Notes under the pieces: generated by a model | The model's database searches: none | The model's input: only the letters and a program-made list of their open reading frames with translations | What the model was told of the DNA's origin: nothing | From: an uncultured delta proteobacterium | Lineage (GTDB): Bacteria > Desulfobacterota > Binatia > UBA9968 | Assembly (NCBI GenBank): GCA_963847445.1 | Contig: CAWJZV010000007.1 | Span: 1-64,000, forward strand | Direction of reading: 5' to 3' | DNA: 64,000 nt | Position numbers and translations under genes: made by a program | Shown: in pieces, positions 42,624 through 52,566 of the stretch | How positions within the stretch are numbered: the first letter of the stretch is position 1 | Layout: each line of letters begins with the position of its first letter

Positions 42624-44030
42624 TTATCGCAACTCCAGCTCGATTTGATCGCGGTCGACGATCAGCGGCAGCATCGCTTCGCGAATGACTTTCTCGCTGA
42701 CTTCGCCGAAGCGCTCTTTGAAACGGTCGAGGGGAACCACGGCTTTGGCCATGGCACGGTGGCCGCCGGCGCTGCCGATATCGTCGTAGAGTTTTTTCAT
42801 GATCTCGCCGGCGCTCTTGACGTAGCCAACATTGCGCACCGAGATGACGACGCGATTGTTTACTAAACCGGACACTACGCTCCAGTCAACGCCTTCGATT
42901 TGCAAGCAAAACTCCGCCATCTGCGGAATCACGTCTTCGCGGTTGACTTCGCCCAAATGGATCACCGCGACGGCGTTGTCGACTTGCAGGTGGCTCAACG
43001 CCCGGCCCATCGCTTCAAGATCTTCCCGCGGCAAGGCTGGTCGCTCGATGCGCGCGATGATCGCCTTGTTGGCGATCGGATAAAGGTAGTTGAAGGCGCT
43101 CAAGTCGGCGAGACTGCTGCCACGCTCGAGAAACAGCGTATCGGTCTTGATGCCGTAGAGCAGCGCGGTGGCTAAGCGCTGCGACGGCTCCATGCCGGCG
43201 GCACGTAGATATTCTGTGAAGATCGTCGCCGTCGAGCCGTAGGCAGTGCGCAAATCGGCGAAGCGCGCCTTGAAGTTGCTCCGCTTCGGATGGTGGTCGA
43301 CGACCAGGTCGACCCGTCCGAGGGTCTGCTCAAAGTAAGGCGGCTGGACGTCGACCATGGCTAGGCGCGCGCCGTCTTTGTATAAGTCATCGGGGGTGAT
43401 CTGATCGATGTGAATTTCCAACAGCTCGATCATCGCCAAATTCTCCGGGCGGGTGATCGAGCCAAACGTCACGATCGGCGTGGTCGTACGGTTGCGCCCG
43501 AGCAACTCGCGCAGCGCCAAAGCGCTGCCGATGGCGTCGGGATCGGGATCATGTTGCAACAGGATGTGGATCTTCTTGCCTTCGTCGAACAACGAGCGGA
43601 TGCGCTCGACTTTCTTGATATTGAGAGTGTCGAGCAGTTGAGTTGCGCAAAACTCGGCGAAAATATCGGCGAGCTGCAAGTGGCGCAACAACGGATCGTC
43701 GGGTTCTTTCGTCGTCTTTTTGCCGTTTTTTTCCGAGGTCAAGGAAACGATCGGGATATTTTTGTCGAGGGCGCGCAACAAGCGGCACACCCGATCCTGT
43801 TCGTCACCGTCACGGACAAAAACCACCGCCTGATCGACATGGTGCAGTTTGATTTTTTTGTAGGTCTCTTCTTTTAGCAGATCGCCATGCCAAACCTTAC
43901 CCCGTTGCCGTTTGATACGCTGGGCGATATTTGCATTGGGCACGAGGTAGCGCACGTCGCCCTGCTCGGTGGCGACATTGCGCATGAACTGAAATAACAG
44001 ATCGTCTTCGCAGATGGCCAGATATTGCAT
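42624..44030 (-). CDS. DHH/DHHA1 phosphoesterase (NrnA-like) with an N-terminal TrkA_N/RCK-like domain
   Basis: QHDPDPDAIGS, VVDHHP, YGIKTDT, SVR and AGGH. The N-terminal ~130 aa contain VWHGDLLKEET, which is RCK-like. Confidence 0.85.
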   Translation of the reverse strand: MQYLAICEDDLLFQFMRNVATEQGDVRYLVPNANIAQRIKRQRGKVWHGDLLKEETYKKIKLHHVDQAVVFVRDGDEQDRVCRLLRALDKNIPIVSLTSEKNGKKTTKEPDDPLLRHLQLADIFAEFCATQLLDTLNIKKVERIRSLFDEGKKIHILLQHDPDPDAIGSALALRELLGRNRTTTPIVTFGSITRPENLAMIELLEIHIDQITPDDLYKDGARLAMVDVQPPYFEQTLGRVDLVVDHHPKRSNFKARFADLRTAYGSTATIFTEYLRAAGMEPSQRLATALLYGIKTDTLFLERGSSLADLSAFNYLYPIANKAIIARIERPALPREDLEAMGRALSHLQVDNAVAVIHLGEVNREDVIPQMAEFCLQIEGVDWSVVSGLVNNRVVISVRNVGYVKSAGEIMKKLYDDIGSAGGHRAMAKAVVPLDRFKERFGEVSEKVIREAMLPLIVDRDQIELELR

Positions 44031-44200
44031 AGGGATATCCCGTGAGCGGGATTTAAATGCCGCGGACTTGCACGGCGCAATCGGCAGCTTGGCGTGTGAT
44101 CCGCACGGCCGGACTCTAGCACCTAGATTCGGTCAAAGCTAGGCAAACCATTGATCCATGGCTGCCGATTCCTTATAAGACAACGAATTATCGAAAGAAA

Positions 44201-45445
44201 GTGAGTACAAAAGGCATGATAAACAGCGGCGAAAGAGGCTTTGGCCTAGGAAAATTCAGCGCCGTGGAACGTGAGCGGCGCTGGGCACGGGTGCGCGAGC
44301 TGATGGCTAGGGAGCAGCTCGATGCCATCATTGGATTTCCCAACCAGAGCCACTGGGATCAGTTCCAAGCCGACATTCGCTATCTCACTCACATCGGCGG
44401 CCACCAGACCGAAGTTGCCGTGGTCTTTCCGCTGGCCGGTGAGCCCACCGCTTTTGTCCGCGGCAGCAACGAAATCGCATGGTGGCGCATCGCCCAGGAC
44501 TGGGTCACCGACATTCGCCCGTCACGACGCGAATGGAGCCCGCCGATGATCGCGCGCATGAAGGAGTTGCAGTTGGACCAAGGGCGCATCGGCGTCAGCG
44601 GCTTGAGCGGCCTGTTGCGTGCGCCCGAGGGAACTGTCGTCAGCGGCATGCTCGACGGCGTGCGCCGAGCGTTTCCCGAAGCCAAGTTTGAAAATGCCAC
44701 CGAGCTGTTGCAAGACGCGCGCTCGATCAAAGGCGCGGAAGAAGTCGCCTGGATGGAACGCGCCGCCGAGATCCTCGACCAAGTCGTCGCCGCGATCCTC
44801 GCCAAAGCGCGTCCCGGCGTGATGGAGAACGACATGGTCGCGACTATTTGGCAGACGATCATCGCCAATGGCGGCGATTATCCATCGATGACCCACTGGG
44901 GCGCAGGCGCCGGCGTGCCTTGGGCCTGCCGCATCGCGCCCCATCGGCCACTGCAAGCCGGCGACTTTATCAACACGGAACTCGAAGCCAAATACGGCGG
45001 CTATATTTCCCAGACCGTGCAGGCCGCTTGTCTCGGCAAGATTCCCGAGGAACTGAAAGGCGCCTTCGATACTAGCGTAAATGTCTTCAACGAACTGGTG
45101 AAGTTCATGAAGCCCGGCATCTCTTATCGCGCCGTGATCGAGTTCTATCAGAAACTGGTTCGTGAAGCCGGCTTCATTCCCAAAGGCATGCTGCTGCACG
45201 GCCGCGGCATCGGCGAAGACCGGCCGCAAATCACCGGCGAGGTTGCCGGCGATATGTACACCAGCGCTACCTACACCCAACATCTCGATCTGCCGCTGCG
45301 CGAAGGCAACGTCTTCGTGCTCAAGCCCGGCGCCATGCCGGGCGACGCGCCCGATTCGATCCGCTGCGGCGACACCGTGGTTATTGAGAAAACAGGCGCC
45401 CGGCGGCTGGGCAAAAGACAGTTTACTTTTCCCGAAATTATGTAA
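44201..45445 (+). CDS. M24 (pita-bread fold) Xaa-Pro peptidase/creatinase-like protein
   Basis: ERERRWARVRELM, ARSIKGAEEV, RPG, YGGY, HGRG and DTVVI. Confidence 0.85.
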   Translation: MSTKGMINSGERGFGLGKFSAVERERRWARVRELMAREQLDAIIGFPNQSHWDQFQADIRYLTHIGGHQTEVAVVFPLAGEPTAFVRGSNEIAWWRIAQDWVTDIRPSRREWSPPMIARMKELQLDQGRIGVSGLSGLLRAPEGTVVSGMLDGVRRAFPEAKFENATELLQDARSIKGAEEVAWMERAAEILDQVVAAILAKARPGVMENDMVATIWQTIIANGGDYPSMTHWGAGAGVPWACRIAPHRPLQAGDFINTELEAKYGGYISQTVQAACLGKIPEELKGAFDTSVNVFNELVKFMKPGISYRAVIEFYQKLVREAGFIPKGMLLHGRGIGEDRPQITGEVAGDMYTSATYTQHLDLPLREGNVFVLKPGAMPGDAPDSIRCGDTVVIEKTGARRLGKRQFTFPEIM

Positions 45446-45535
45446 AAAGTAATTGTCGGCTGGGTCGTTGACGCTGCGCCGCGATTTTAGATACGGTTAC
45501 CGTGGGCAGCAGGCTCAATGGTTGGAGGGAATTGA

Positions 45536-46444
45536 ATGGCTGCAGAAATTCGTTACGGCGTCGAAACCATCGATCATATCGCGATCCCGGTGCGCGATCT
45601 GGCATTGAACCAGGCGTTCTACGTCGAAACTCTTGGGCTTAAATTCAAAACCACCAGGCGCAATCCCGACGGCAGCCCGCGCCAAACCTACGTGCTCGCC
45701 GGCGACAATATCATCGGCCTACATTTACCCGGCGTTAGCGCCGGCATTGCGCCGAGCGGCGCGCCGAGAATCGGTGTCAGCGTCAGCAGCGAGCGTTTCG
45801 CGCAGGTTGAAAACAATTTGCGCTTGGCCAAGTACCCGTTCACAGGTCCCGTCGAACATGCAACCGATGCGCCGCTCACCCGCTCGATTTATTTCGACGA
45901 TCCCGATGGCAACCATCTGGAATTCTGTCTGCGCCGCGCCGAACCGCGGACGGAATGTATCAGCCACACGGTCTTCGAAACCTGCAATAGGAAAAAGGCC
46001 GTGACATTTTACTCGGAAGTGCTCGGCACAGGCGCGCCCATCCGATGCGGCGAGGAAACCATGATGGCGACGCAAAACGGCCAAATGATCGGTCTCGTGG
46101 AAGTCGCGGAACTATCTGAGCGCAGCAAGAAACATGGCCGCGGCTGTCACATGGCCATGGACGTGCAGCAGGAAGATTTCGATTCCATGGTCGCTCTGGT
46201 CGAGCGCCATGGCGGCAAGAGTCAAGGCGACAAACGCGCCGACGATGGCCTGAGACCGGCAGGAGAGCGCAGCATTTATCTCTTCGATCCCGACAACAAT
46301 CGGCTGCAAATCACCGCCCACGCGCCCAATCAGAAAGCAGAACTACTCGACGACGAAGAAAAATGGCGCCGCATCGTCGCCAGCCGCAAAGAGCAAGGCA
46401 AAGGCCTCACCCGCTGGGAAAGCGGCGGGAAGAAACTCGTTTAG
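45536..46444 (+). CDS. Two-domain VOC family protein
   Basis: IDHIAIPVRDL and SIYFDDPDGNHLE, then CHMAM and SIYLFDPDNNRLQ. Confidence 0.85.
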   Translation: MAAEIRYGVETIDHIAIPVRDLALNQAFYVETLGLKFKTTRRNPDGSPRQTYVLAGDNIIGLHLPGVSAGIAPSGAPRIGVSVSSERFAQVENNLRLAKYPFTGPVEHATDAPLTRSIYFDDPDGNHLEFCLRRAEPRTECISHTVFETCNRKKAVTFYSEVLGTGAPIRCGEETMMATQNGQMIGLVEVAELSERSKKHGRGCHMAMDVQQEDFDSMVALVERHGGKSQGDKRADDGLRPAGERSIYLFDPDNNRLQITAHAPNQKAELLDDEEKWRRIVASRKEQGKGLTRWESGGKKLV

Positions 46445-46470
46445 GAAATTCTTACGCAATCCGGCCATCC

Positions 46471-46563
46471 CGTAGGATGGGTGGAGCGAAGCGATACCCA
46501 TCTCAATCAACTCCGCGTGTGACATCAACCGATGGGTTTCGTCGGAACTCAGCCCATCCTACG
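46471..46563. repeat. GTAG-type REP inverted pair
   Basis: CGTAGGATGGGTGGAGCGAAGCGATACCCATC ... GATGGGTTTCG...CCCATCCTACG. Partial copies at about 36895 and 38501. Confidence 0.85.
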
Positions 46564-46666
46564 AGGCTGCTTGGTAGTCATCATCGCGCTTAGCAAAAAA
46601 CGGCGTAGCTAGCTACGTCCTTCGGAAATTCTTCTTTGTGTTCTTTGCGGTGGAATCATCCGATTC

Positions 46667-47692
46667 CTAAGTCTTCGTCGCCAAGATCAGCGTCGTCCCC
46701 GGCAGAGTGTTGGCAATGTCGCCGTGGGTCGCAATTGAATTGAATCCCGCCATTTTCATCCAGTCGGAATATTGCGCCAGCGTCCAGCACTCGCCTTCCG
46801 GCGTATGCGTCAGCGTGTAAACCGAGAAACGCAACGCGAAAGTCGGTTCCGTGCGCTCTTCGTTGGGCACGAAGTCGTTGACGACGAAGATTCCGCCGGG
46901 TTTCAAGGCCGAAAAAGCTTTAGCAAATAATTCCTGATTGCCCTTGGGCGATTCGAAGCGGCAGAAGTTGCTGGCGAGAACGAGGTCGTAGTAGTTCGCT
47001 TCGATATTCGCGGTATGATGTTCGCCGTCGATATAACGAATCTTGCCTTCCAAGCCGCGCTCTCTATTAGCCTTCTGCGCCACCGCGTTGACGTTGGGCC
47101 AATCGAGTTGCGTGACCTGGGCGGTCGGATCGCGCGTGACGATGGTCATGCCGAATATGCTCGAACCGCCGGCCACATCGAGCACGCGCAAACCTTTGCG
47201 CTCGCTGCCGATTTTTAGAATATCGCACAGCGCTTTGGCCGCCGGTTCGGCGATGACGATGATGCCGAGCACGAGTTTTTCCCAAACTTGCAGCTCGGTG
47301 TTGGTATCCATTCGGCTGAGCGGCTTGCCGGTTTTGAGCGATTCTTTAAGATGGGCCATGCCATCCCACAATGCCAAGGCGACATGACGGAAATCACCGC
47401 AATAGGAAGATTTGCCCTTGACCAGAAACGCCTGCGCCGATGGTGTGAGAAAATACTTACCGTCGCGCTTTTCGATCAATGACAACGCCGGCAAGCTGTC
47501 GAGCACGATGCGCGTCGCGCGCGCGTCCGTGCCGGCTTCGCGGGCCACCGCTTCCGCGCTATCGAAACCTTTGTTGATCAGCGTGAAAAAATCGTACTCC
47601 AGCGCGGCGTCCAAGATTTGGCTGTTGGCAAAGTCGCCGAGTATCCGCATCAACGGACGGGGTGAGATTTCCTCTTGATTAGACTCGGCCAT
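46667..47692 (-). CDS. SAM-dependent methyltransferase, O-methyltransferase family with a dimerization domain
   Basis: N-terminal wHTH (AALEYDFFT...YFLTP), VLDVAGGS, LDWP and ALKPGG. ATG at 47692, 2 nt after the upstream stop. Confidence 0.9.
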   Translation of the reverse strand: MAESNQEEISPRPLMRILGDFANSQILDAALEYDFFTLINKGFDSAEAVAREAGTDARATRIVLDSLPALSLIEKRDGKYFLTPSAQAFLVKGKSSYCGDFRHVALALWDGMAHLKESLKTGKPLSRMDTNTELQVWEKLVLGIIVIAEPAAKALCDILKIGSERKGLRVLDVAGGSSIFGMTIVTRDPTAQVTQLDWPNVNAVAQKANRERGLEGKIRYIDGEHHTANIEANYYDLVLASNFCRFESPKGNQELFAKAFSALKPGGIFVVNDFVPNEERTEPTFALRFSVYTLTHTPEGECWTLAQYSDWMKMAGFNSIATHGDIANTLPGTTLILATKT

Positions 47693-47694
47693 GT

Positions 47695-48489
47695 TTATTC
47701 TTTGTACAGCCCTTCCTTCTTGATCTGCTGATACACACCCTCGAAGAACCAGGCGAAGTAGGACGTGCCCATGCGCATGCAATACTCCAGGTTGAAGCCC
47801 GGACGGGTCTCGGCCTTGCCTTCGATGAGCATGTTCTTCAAAACCATCCAGTCAAGATCGGCATGCGCCATGATGCCGTCATGTTCTTCCAAATCGGCCT
47901 TGGCGTGGACACGAAAATAGACGATCTTTTCTTCGGGGAAATTATAAACCTTGCGCAGCGTCGTACCGAAGAAGCGCGCCCAATGACCGACGGCTTCCTC
48001 GACGCAAAACGACGCCCACCACTCGACCATGGTGCCCTCGTAGAGCACACCGCGGTAGTACTCCAGGAACGCGCGGCACTCGGCGAGCATTTCGTATTCG
48101 ACCATCTCATCGTCGCTGAGTCCGAAGTTGCGTCCCTGTTCGAGGACGATCTGAATGTGGCCGGGCGGCTTGGGATGAATCATCTCATCGGCCACATGGG
48201 CGGCGAAATGCTTTTGCAGCTCCGGATGGCGCTTAAAAAAAGGCAAATGGCGTTGGTAAGCGACACCGTGGAAATTATTGATCTCGGCGACAAAGCCGTG
48301 CCAGTTCTGCCAAAAGATTTTGATCGCCTCCATCGGCAGCGTGCCGTTGCCCATGTCGGTGTGGAAACGACCTTTGATCAGCCAGCGGTCGGCTATGTCG
48401 AGTAAATATTTCTTTAAGTCCGCGATCACTGCGTCGGCTTCCTGCGGCGAAAGTTTTTTTCCGGAAAAATCCTGTCTGCCTAGTCCCAT
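47695..48489 (-). CDS. Heme-oxygenase-like diiron (PqqC/CADD/TenA superfamily) redox enzyme
   Basis: Helical protein with ADEM...PPGH, CVEE and YFRVHAKADLEEH, fitting the E/H..E..H-xxx-D..H ligand pattern. Confidence 0.75.
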   Translation of the reverse strand: MGLGRQDFSGKKLSPQEADAVIADLKKYLLDIADRWLIKGRFHTDMGNGTLPMEAIKIFWQNWHGFVAEINNFHGVAYQRHLPFFKRHPELQKHFAAHVADEMIHPKPPGHIQIVLEQGRNFGLSDDEMVEYEMLAECRAFLEYYRGVLYEGTMVEWWASFCVEEAVGHWARFFGTTLRKVYNFPEEKIVYFRVHAKADLEEHDGIMAHADLDWMVLKNMLIEGKAETRPGFNLEYCMRMGTSYFAWFFEGVYQQIKKEGLYKE

Positions 48490-48546
48490 AATTCCCTCCT
48501 TACTTTAGCTCTGCCGATACCAATCTTTCCCGATTTCTGTTTCCGA

Positions 48547-48616
48547 CGTTGAAGCTTTGAACGCTTGCCTTCGATAAACTCAGGCCCTGAGCTTGCCGAA
48601 GGGAACCTTGAACGGA
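48547..48616. repeat. TTGAAC units flanking a CCTTCG..CTCAGG/CCTGAG..CGAAGG palindrome
   Basis: CCTTCGATAAACTCAGGCCCTGAGCTTGCCGAAGG. Confidence 0.7.
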
Positions 48617-48617
48617 C

Positions 48618-50102
48618 CTAATAGAGCGCCCCCGGATTGAGAATATTATTCGGATCGACCAATTGTTTGATCTCTTTGACGACATCGTAAAGATTGCCGA
48701 GTCGGTTATAGGGCATCGGCCCCTTGGTGCTCAGAGTCGGGGCGGTCCAAACCACGCCGCGTTCGTTACTGAACTGTGCCACCATGCCCATCCACTTGCG
48801 CAGCCGGCCGACATCTTCGTCGTCGTAGGGATTGTAGAAAGTGAAATATTCTTCTTTGATCGCCAGGTCACGGGTGACGTAGCTATCATGCTGCGGCGAG
48901 TGCTCGGCGTCCCAGATGCCGCACTCGCGCTTGGCGGCTTCGTCGAGATCGTACATTTCTTTGAGGAATCGCAGCGGATACATCTTCGAGGTTACCGCGA
49001 ACATGCCGGTGTGGCGCACCACCGTACCACACCAACCGTCCGGTCCCATGACATGCCAGTCGGGCCAGCCATGCAGACCCAGCTCCTGCGCCTTCGCCCC
49101 CATCGCTTTGTCGGCGATCTCCGGCACGTCGACGCCGCCGGCGCTCTCATAAATGCGCCGCATGCGCTTTTCTTTGAACGCCAGCTCGTCCGCGTCACGC
49201 GCCATGACAACGGTTTTTAGGAAAAACCAGCCGTCGTCGGGAATGTTGTTTTTGTCGTACAGCCCCTCTGCCATCGGCCAGTGATACTGCCAGCGGTCGG
49301 TGAAGTGGATGTCGTAGACAACTTCGCCTCGGACTAATTCAACCAGGGAATCCTGCACCTGTTGCAGCTGATCGCGGCGAAACACGTAGCAGTAATCATG
49401 CAGCCATTCGCGCTGGCATTGAATCGCGCGTAGACAAACTTTGCTGATGATCCCCATGGAGCCGGCGGCGAGGGTAAACAGACCCAACAGATCCGGCAGG
49501 TGAATCCATTTTTGAAACGGCCCGAAGGTCGTGCCTTGATTGGCCAGCGCACCCAAGCGAATGGTTTCACCGTTGGCGAGAATGACTTCCAAGCCGAGCA
49601 CCATATCGGCGATCCAGCCGTAGCGTGTCATGCCATAGCCGATACCGCCTTTGTTGATCATCGCACCGATAACCACCGCCGGCCCGTAGGTGCCAAAGTT
49701 GGGCAGCATCAATCCATCCTGGCGCAGCGCATGATGAATCGCGTACACACTGGCACCGCCCTCGGCAATCACGTACTGCATCGGCGAATTTACTTCGAGG
49801 ATTTTGTCCATGCCCAGCATGTCGAGCAAGACGCCGCCCTTGAGCGGCGAGCTGATGCCCATGCCGACGCCGCCCTTGGCGACTATGGGAATCTTATGCT
49901 CGTTGGCGAATTTCAAAATGTCGGCAACCTTGTGATTGCCTTGGGCGTCGGACTCTATACGCACGATCACGTCCGGCAACGCCCGATAGGCGCCGTAAGC
50001 CAGAGTATGCTGATAGTTGATCTTGTCTATCGGGTTCGTCGAAATCCGCCGCGGGCCGACGATGTCGGTCAGCTTGGCGATGATCTCGTCGAGGGAAAGC
50101 AT
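48618..50102 (-). CDS. FAD-binding oxidoreductase, VAO/PCMH (GlcD-like) family
   Basis: PDVIVR, IPIVAKGG, GGVLLD, LGLEVILANG, GSMGIISK and C-terminal KQLVDPNNILNPG. Confidence 0.9.
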   Translation of the reverse strand: MLSLDEIIAKLTDIVGPRRISTNPIDKINYQHTLAYGAYRALPDVIVRIESDAQGNHKVADILKFANEHKIPIVAKGGVGMGISSPLKGGVLLDMLGMDKILEVNSPMQYVIAEGGASVYAIHHALRQDGLMLPNFGTYGPAVVIGAMINKGGIGYGMTRYGWIADMVLGLEVILANGETIRLGALANQGTTFGPFQKWIHLPDLLGLFTLAAGSMGIISKVCLRAIQCQREWLHDYCYVFRRDQLQQVQDSLVELVRGEVVYDIHFTDRWQYHWPMAEGLYDKNNIPDDGWFFLKTVVMARDADELAFKEKRMRRIYESAGGVDVPEIADKAMGAKAQELGLHGWPDWHVMGPDGWCGTVVRHTGMFAVTSKMYPLRFLKEMYDLDEAAKRECGIWDAEHSPQHDSYVTRDLAIKEEYFTFYNPYDDEDVGRLRKWMGMVAQFSNERGVVWTAPTLSTKGPMPYNRLGNLYDVVKEIKQLVDPNNILNPGALY

Positions 50103-50110
50103 GGGGAATC

Positions 50111-50225
50111 AATTGCAAAATGGAAAATGGTAAAATGGAAAATTTAGGATTCGGATATAGATTACGCAGAGTTTTCCCTGAGAAATTGTTATCCGGCATT
50201 TTCAATTCTCAATTACCATTTTCAA
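50111..50225. repeat. Tandem-inverted AAAATGG/CCATTTT-type element
   Basis: AAAATGGAAAATGGTAAAATGGAAAAT ... ATTTTCAATTCTCAATTACCATTTTCAA. Confidence 0.75.
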
Positions 50226-51006
50226 CTTATTCAGAGTCTGCAGATGACTGCCGCCGGTAATGAGAATATGGCTGCCGGTCAGCATGCTCGCCTCATCGCC
50301 GGCGAGAAATGCGATCGCCCCGGCGACATCTTCCGGATAGAGATGCTTTTTCAGCGGCCGGGTTTCTTTGACTCGCTCGCGAAACGCCTCCGGCATGATC
50401 ATCGAAGCATCGGTCAGCGTGAACGCTGGAGTTACCACATTGACGGCGATCCCCAGCGGGCCGAGCTCAATCGCCATCGTATTGGCCATCGATTCCAAGC
50501 GCCGACTTGGCCGCCGCGTAGGCGCCCATGCGCGGCAGCGGTTGCTGCGCCAAGCGGGTGCTGACAACGATGATCTTGCCGGCCTTTCTCTCTTTCATAT
50601 CCGGCAAGCAGGCTTGCACACAGTGATAAAACGCCGACAGTTCATGGTCGATCGCCTGATGAAACTTTTCCCAGGCGATTTCATGGAGCGGGCTAACTTG
50701 AAATGGAAAGTAAGCATTATTGACCAGCACGTCGATGGCGCCGAGTTTATCTTTGACGGCGTTGACCATCGAATCGATCTGCACCCGCTGCGTGACATCG
50801 GCCTGAAAGATCATGCCGCGGGCGCCGGCGGCTTCCACTTGGCCAAGAACCTTTTGCGCCGCTTCCTGGTTTTGATGGTAATTGACGACCACCGCCGCGC
50901 CGCCCTGGGCTAGTCGAATCGCCGCCGCTGCGCCGATGCCCCGGCTCGCGCCGGTAACCAGAGCGATTTTGCCATGAAGTGTGGGGAGCTTTTTCTCTTC
51001 TGCCAT
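50202..51006 (-). CDS. SDR family (FabG-like) oxidoreductase, frameshift near 50500
   Basis: TGASRGIG, VLVNNA and YAAAKS. The C-terminus is ELGPLGIAVN...PEDVAGAI. Confidence 0.9.
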
Positions 51007-51019
51007 GGCTCGGCCAGCA

Positions 51020-52502
51020 CTAGATCGCGACCTTATCTTCCGCCGCGCCCTTTTCGTATTTAGCGGCGTTGTTTTTAAACGATTCGAACTTCATCCGCAC
51101 GTAAGGCGAGGTGTAGCCATTCAAGATGCGCTCAATGCGGCCCGGCTTGCTGTAAAAAGACTGAAAGGCCCAGCCCGTCAACTCACCCAACTGCTGGCGC
51201 GTCAGGTGCTTAGTCGGCATGACGCTATGCTCCAAGTCATAGAGACTCAGATTGTCGACTTCGATGATGTTGTTCTTCACCGCCGCTTTATAGATCGGCG
51301 AGCCGGGGATCGGATTGAGCACCTGGATCATGACGATGTCTGGATCGATCTCGTCGACCGCCTTGGCGCGCTGGCGGATTTTGGCTTCGTCGTCTTCCCA
51401 GAAGCCGTTGAGATAGGTCGAAATTGTCGAAATATCGTTCTTGCGCAGGAACTGAATTAGTTCTTTCAATTCCTTGACACCGACTTTCATCGTTCCCTTG
51501 CGCGCTTCGGCGATCTCTTCGTCCGTGCCGCCGTCGATGCCGATCAACACTTGATACAAGCCGACTTTGCGCAGCCGCGGCACCAGGTCCATGTCGCGAA
51601 TCAAGTTCTGCGCCCGGCTGAGCATGAACCAGCTCATGTCCAGCTTTTTTTGCTCCAGCGCTTCGACCAAGTCAACCATCTTCTGCCGGTCGGAGTTGAA
51701 GTCGTCGTCCATGAAAGTCAGAGCGCTTAACACCGTAAGTCTTGTTGAGCAGTTCCATTTCATCAGCGACTCGCTTGCCGCCTTTAGTGCGGTGCGAACT
51801 GAAATCCCGTGGATTGCGCTGGTCGACCAACCACCACTCGTAGCAAAAATGACAAGCCCCCTCGCATCCCCGAGAAGTCACCGATTCGTTGTAATTGGGT
51901 ATCACCGAATAGCCATAATACTTGTCCATCGGAAACAGATCGTAGGCTGGCAGGGGAAGTTCATCGAGATTGGCAATGACTGGCCGCGCCGGGGTCAGCA
52001 CGACCTCGCCATTCTTCCGGTAGGCCAAGCCCTTGATGCCGCTGAAATCAGGCGCAGGTTTTTTCAGTTCCTCCAACAACTCCCCAACCGCATGTTCATT
52101 GTCGGCAAACACCCCGACAATCGCGAAGTCGAGTTGCGGATTTTCGGTCATAATCTTGTGCGGCACCGCGGTGTACATCAAACCGCCGCCGATGGTGACG
52201 GTTTGGGGAGCGAATTCTTTGATCTTTTGCATCGCCGCATGAAAGCGGTTGAGCGTCGCCGCGCCGCCCGCCGCCGCGATCATGGCGCCAAAGAACACCG
52301 CATCCGGCCGTTGCCGCTTCACCTCATCGATCATCTGGTCGTCGTTCAACCCCAGCGCGCGGCAGTCGAGGACCGCCACCTCCGCGGCTTTTTTCTCGCG
52401 AATAAAAGCCGCGACCTGAGCGTGCAATGAGTTGACGGCCAAATGACGGTCGCCCCACGGCGCCCAATTGCCCATGGGTGGGGTAATAAAGAGAAGTTTC
52501 AT
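51020..52502 (-). CDS. Cobalamin-dependent (class B) radical SAM enzyme, frameshift near 51725
   Basis: N-terminal B12-binding domain (LFITPP, VLDC, TIGGG), LDELPLPAYDL, SRGCEGACHFC (CxxxCxxC), FMDDDF and PIPGSPIY. Confidence 0.92.
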
Positions 52503-52537
52503 GCTATCTCCTGGTACCGGCGGGATTAGTTTCAATT

Positions 52538-52566
52538 AAAGTATTTAATAGGTTAATGATTGTCAA
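52538..52566 (-). promoter_or_regulatory. Putative sigma70 promoter of the radical SAM operon
   Basis: TTGACA, a 17-nt spacer, then TACTTT on the minus strand. AGGAG site before ATG 52502. Confidence 0.65.

Noticed and set aside
47695-48489. pqqC of PQQ biosynthesis
   Set aside because: No pqqA, pqqB or pqqD is nearby, and the neighbouring radical SAM is B12-type rather than the SPASM-type PqqE.
46667-52502. Bacteriochlorophyll genes bchE and bchU
   Set aside because: Only family-level similarity is visible and no other bch or photosynthesis genes are in the window, so symbols were not assigned.
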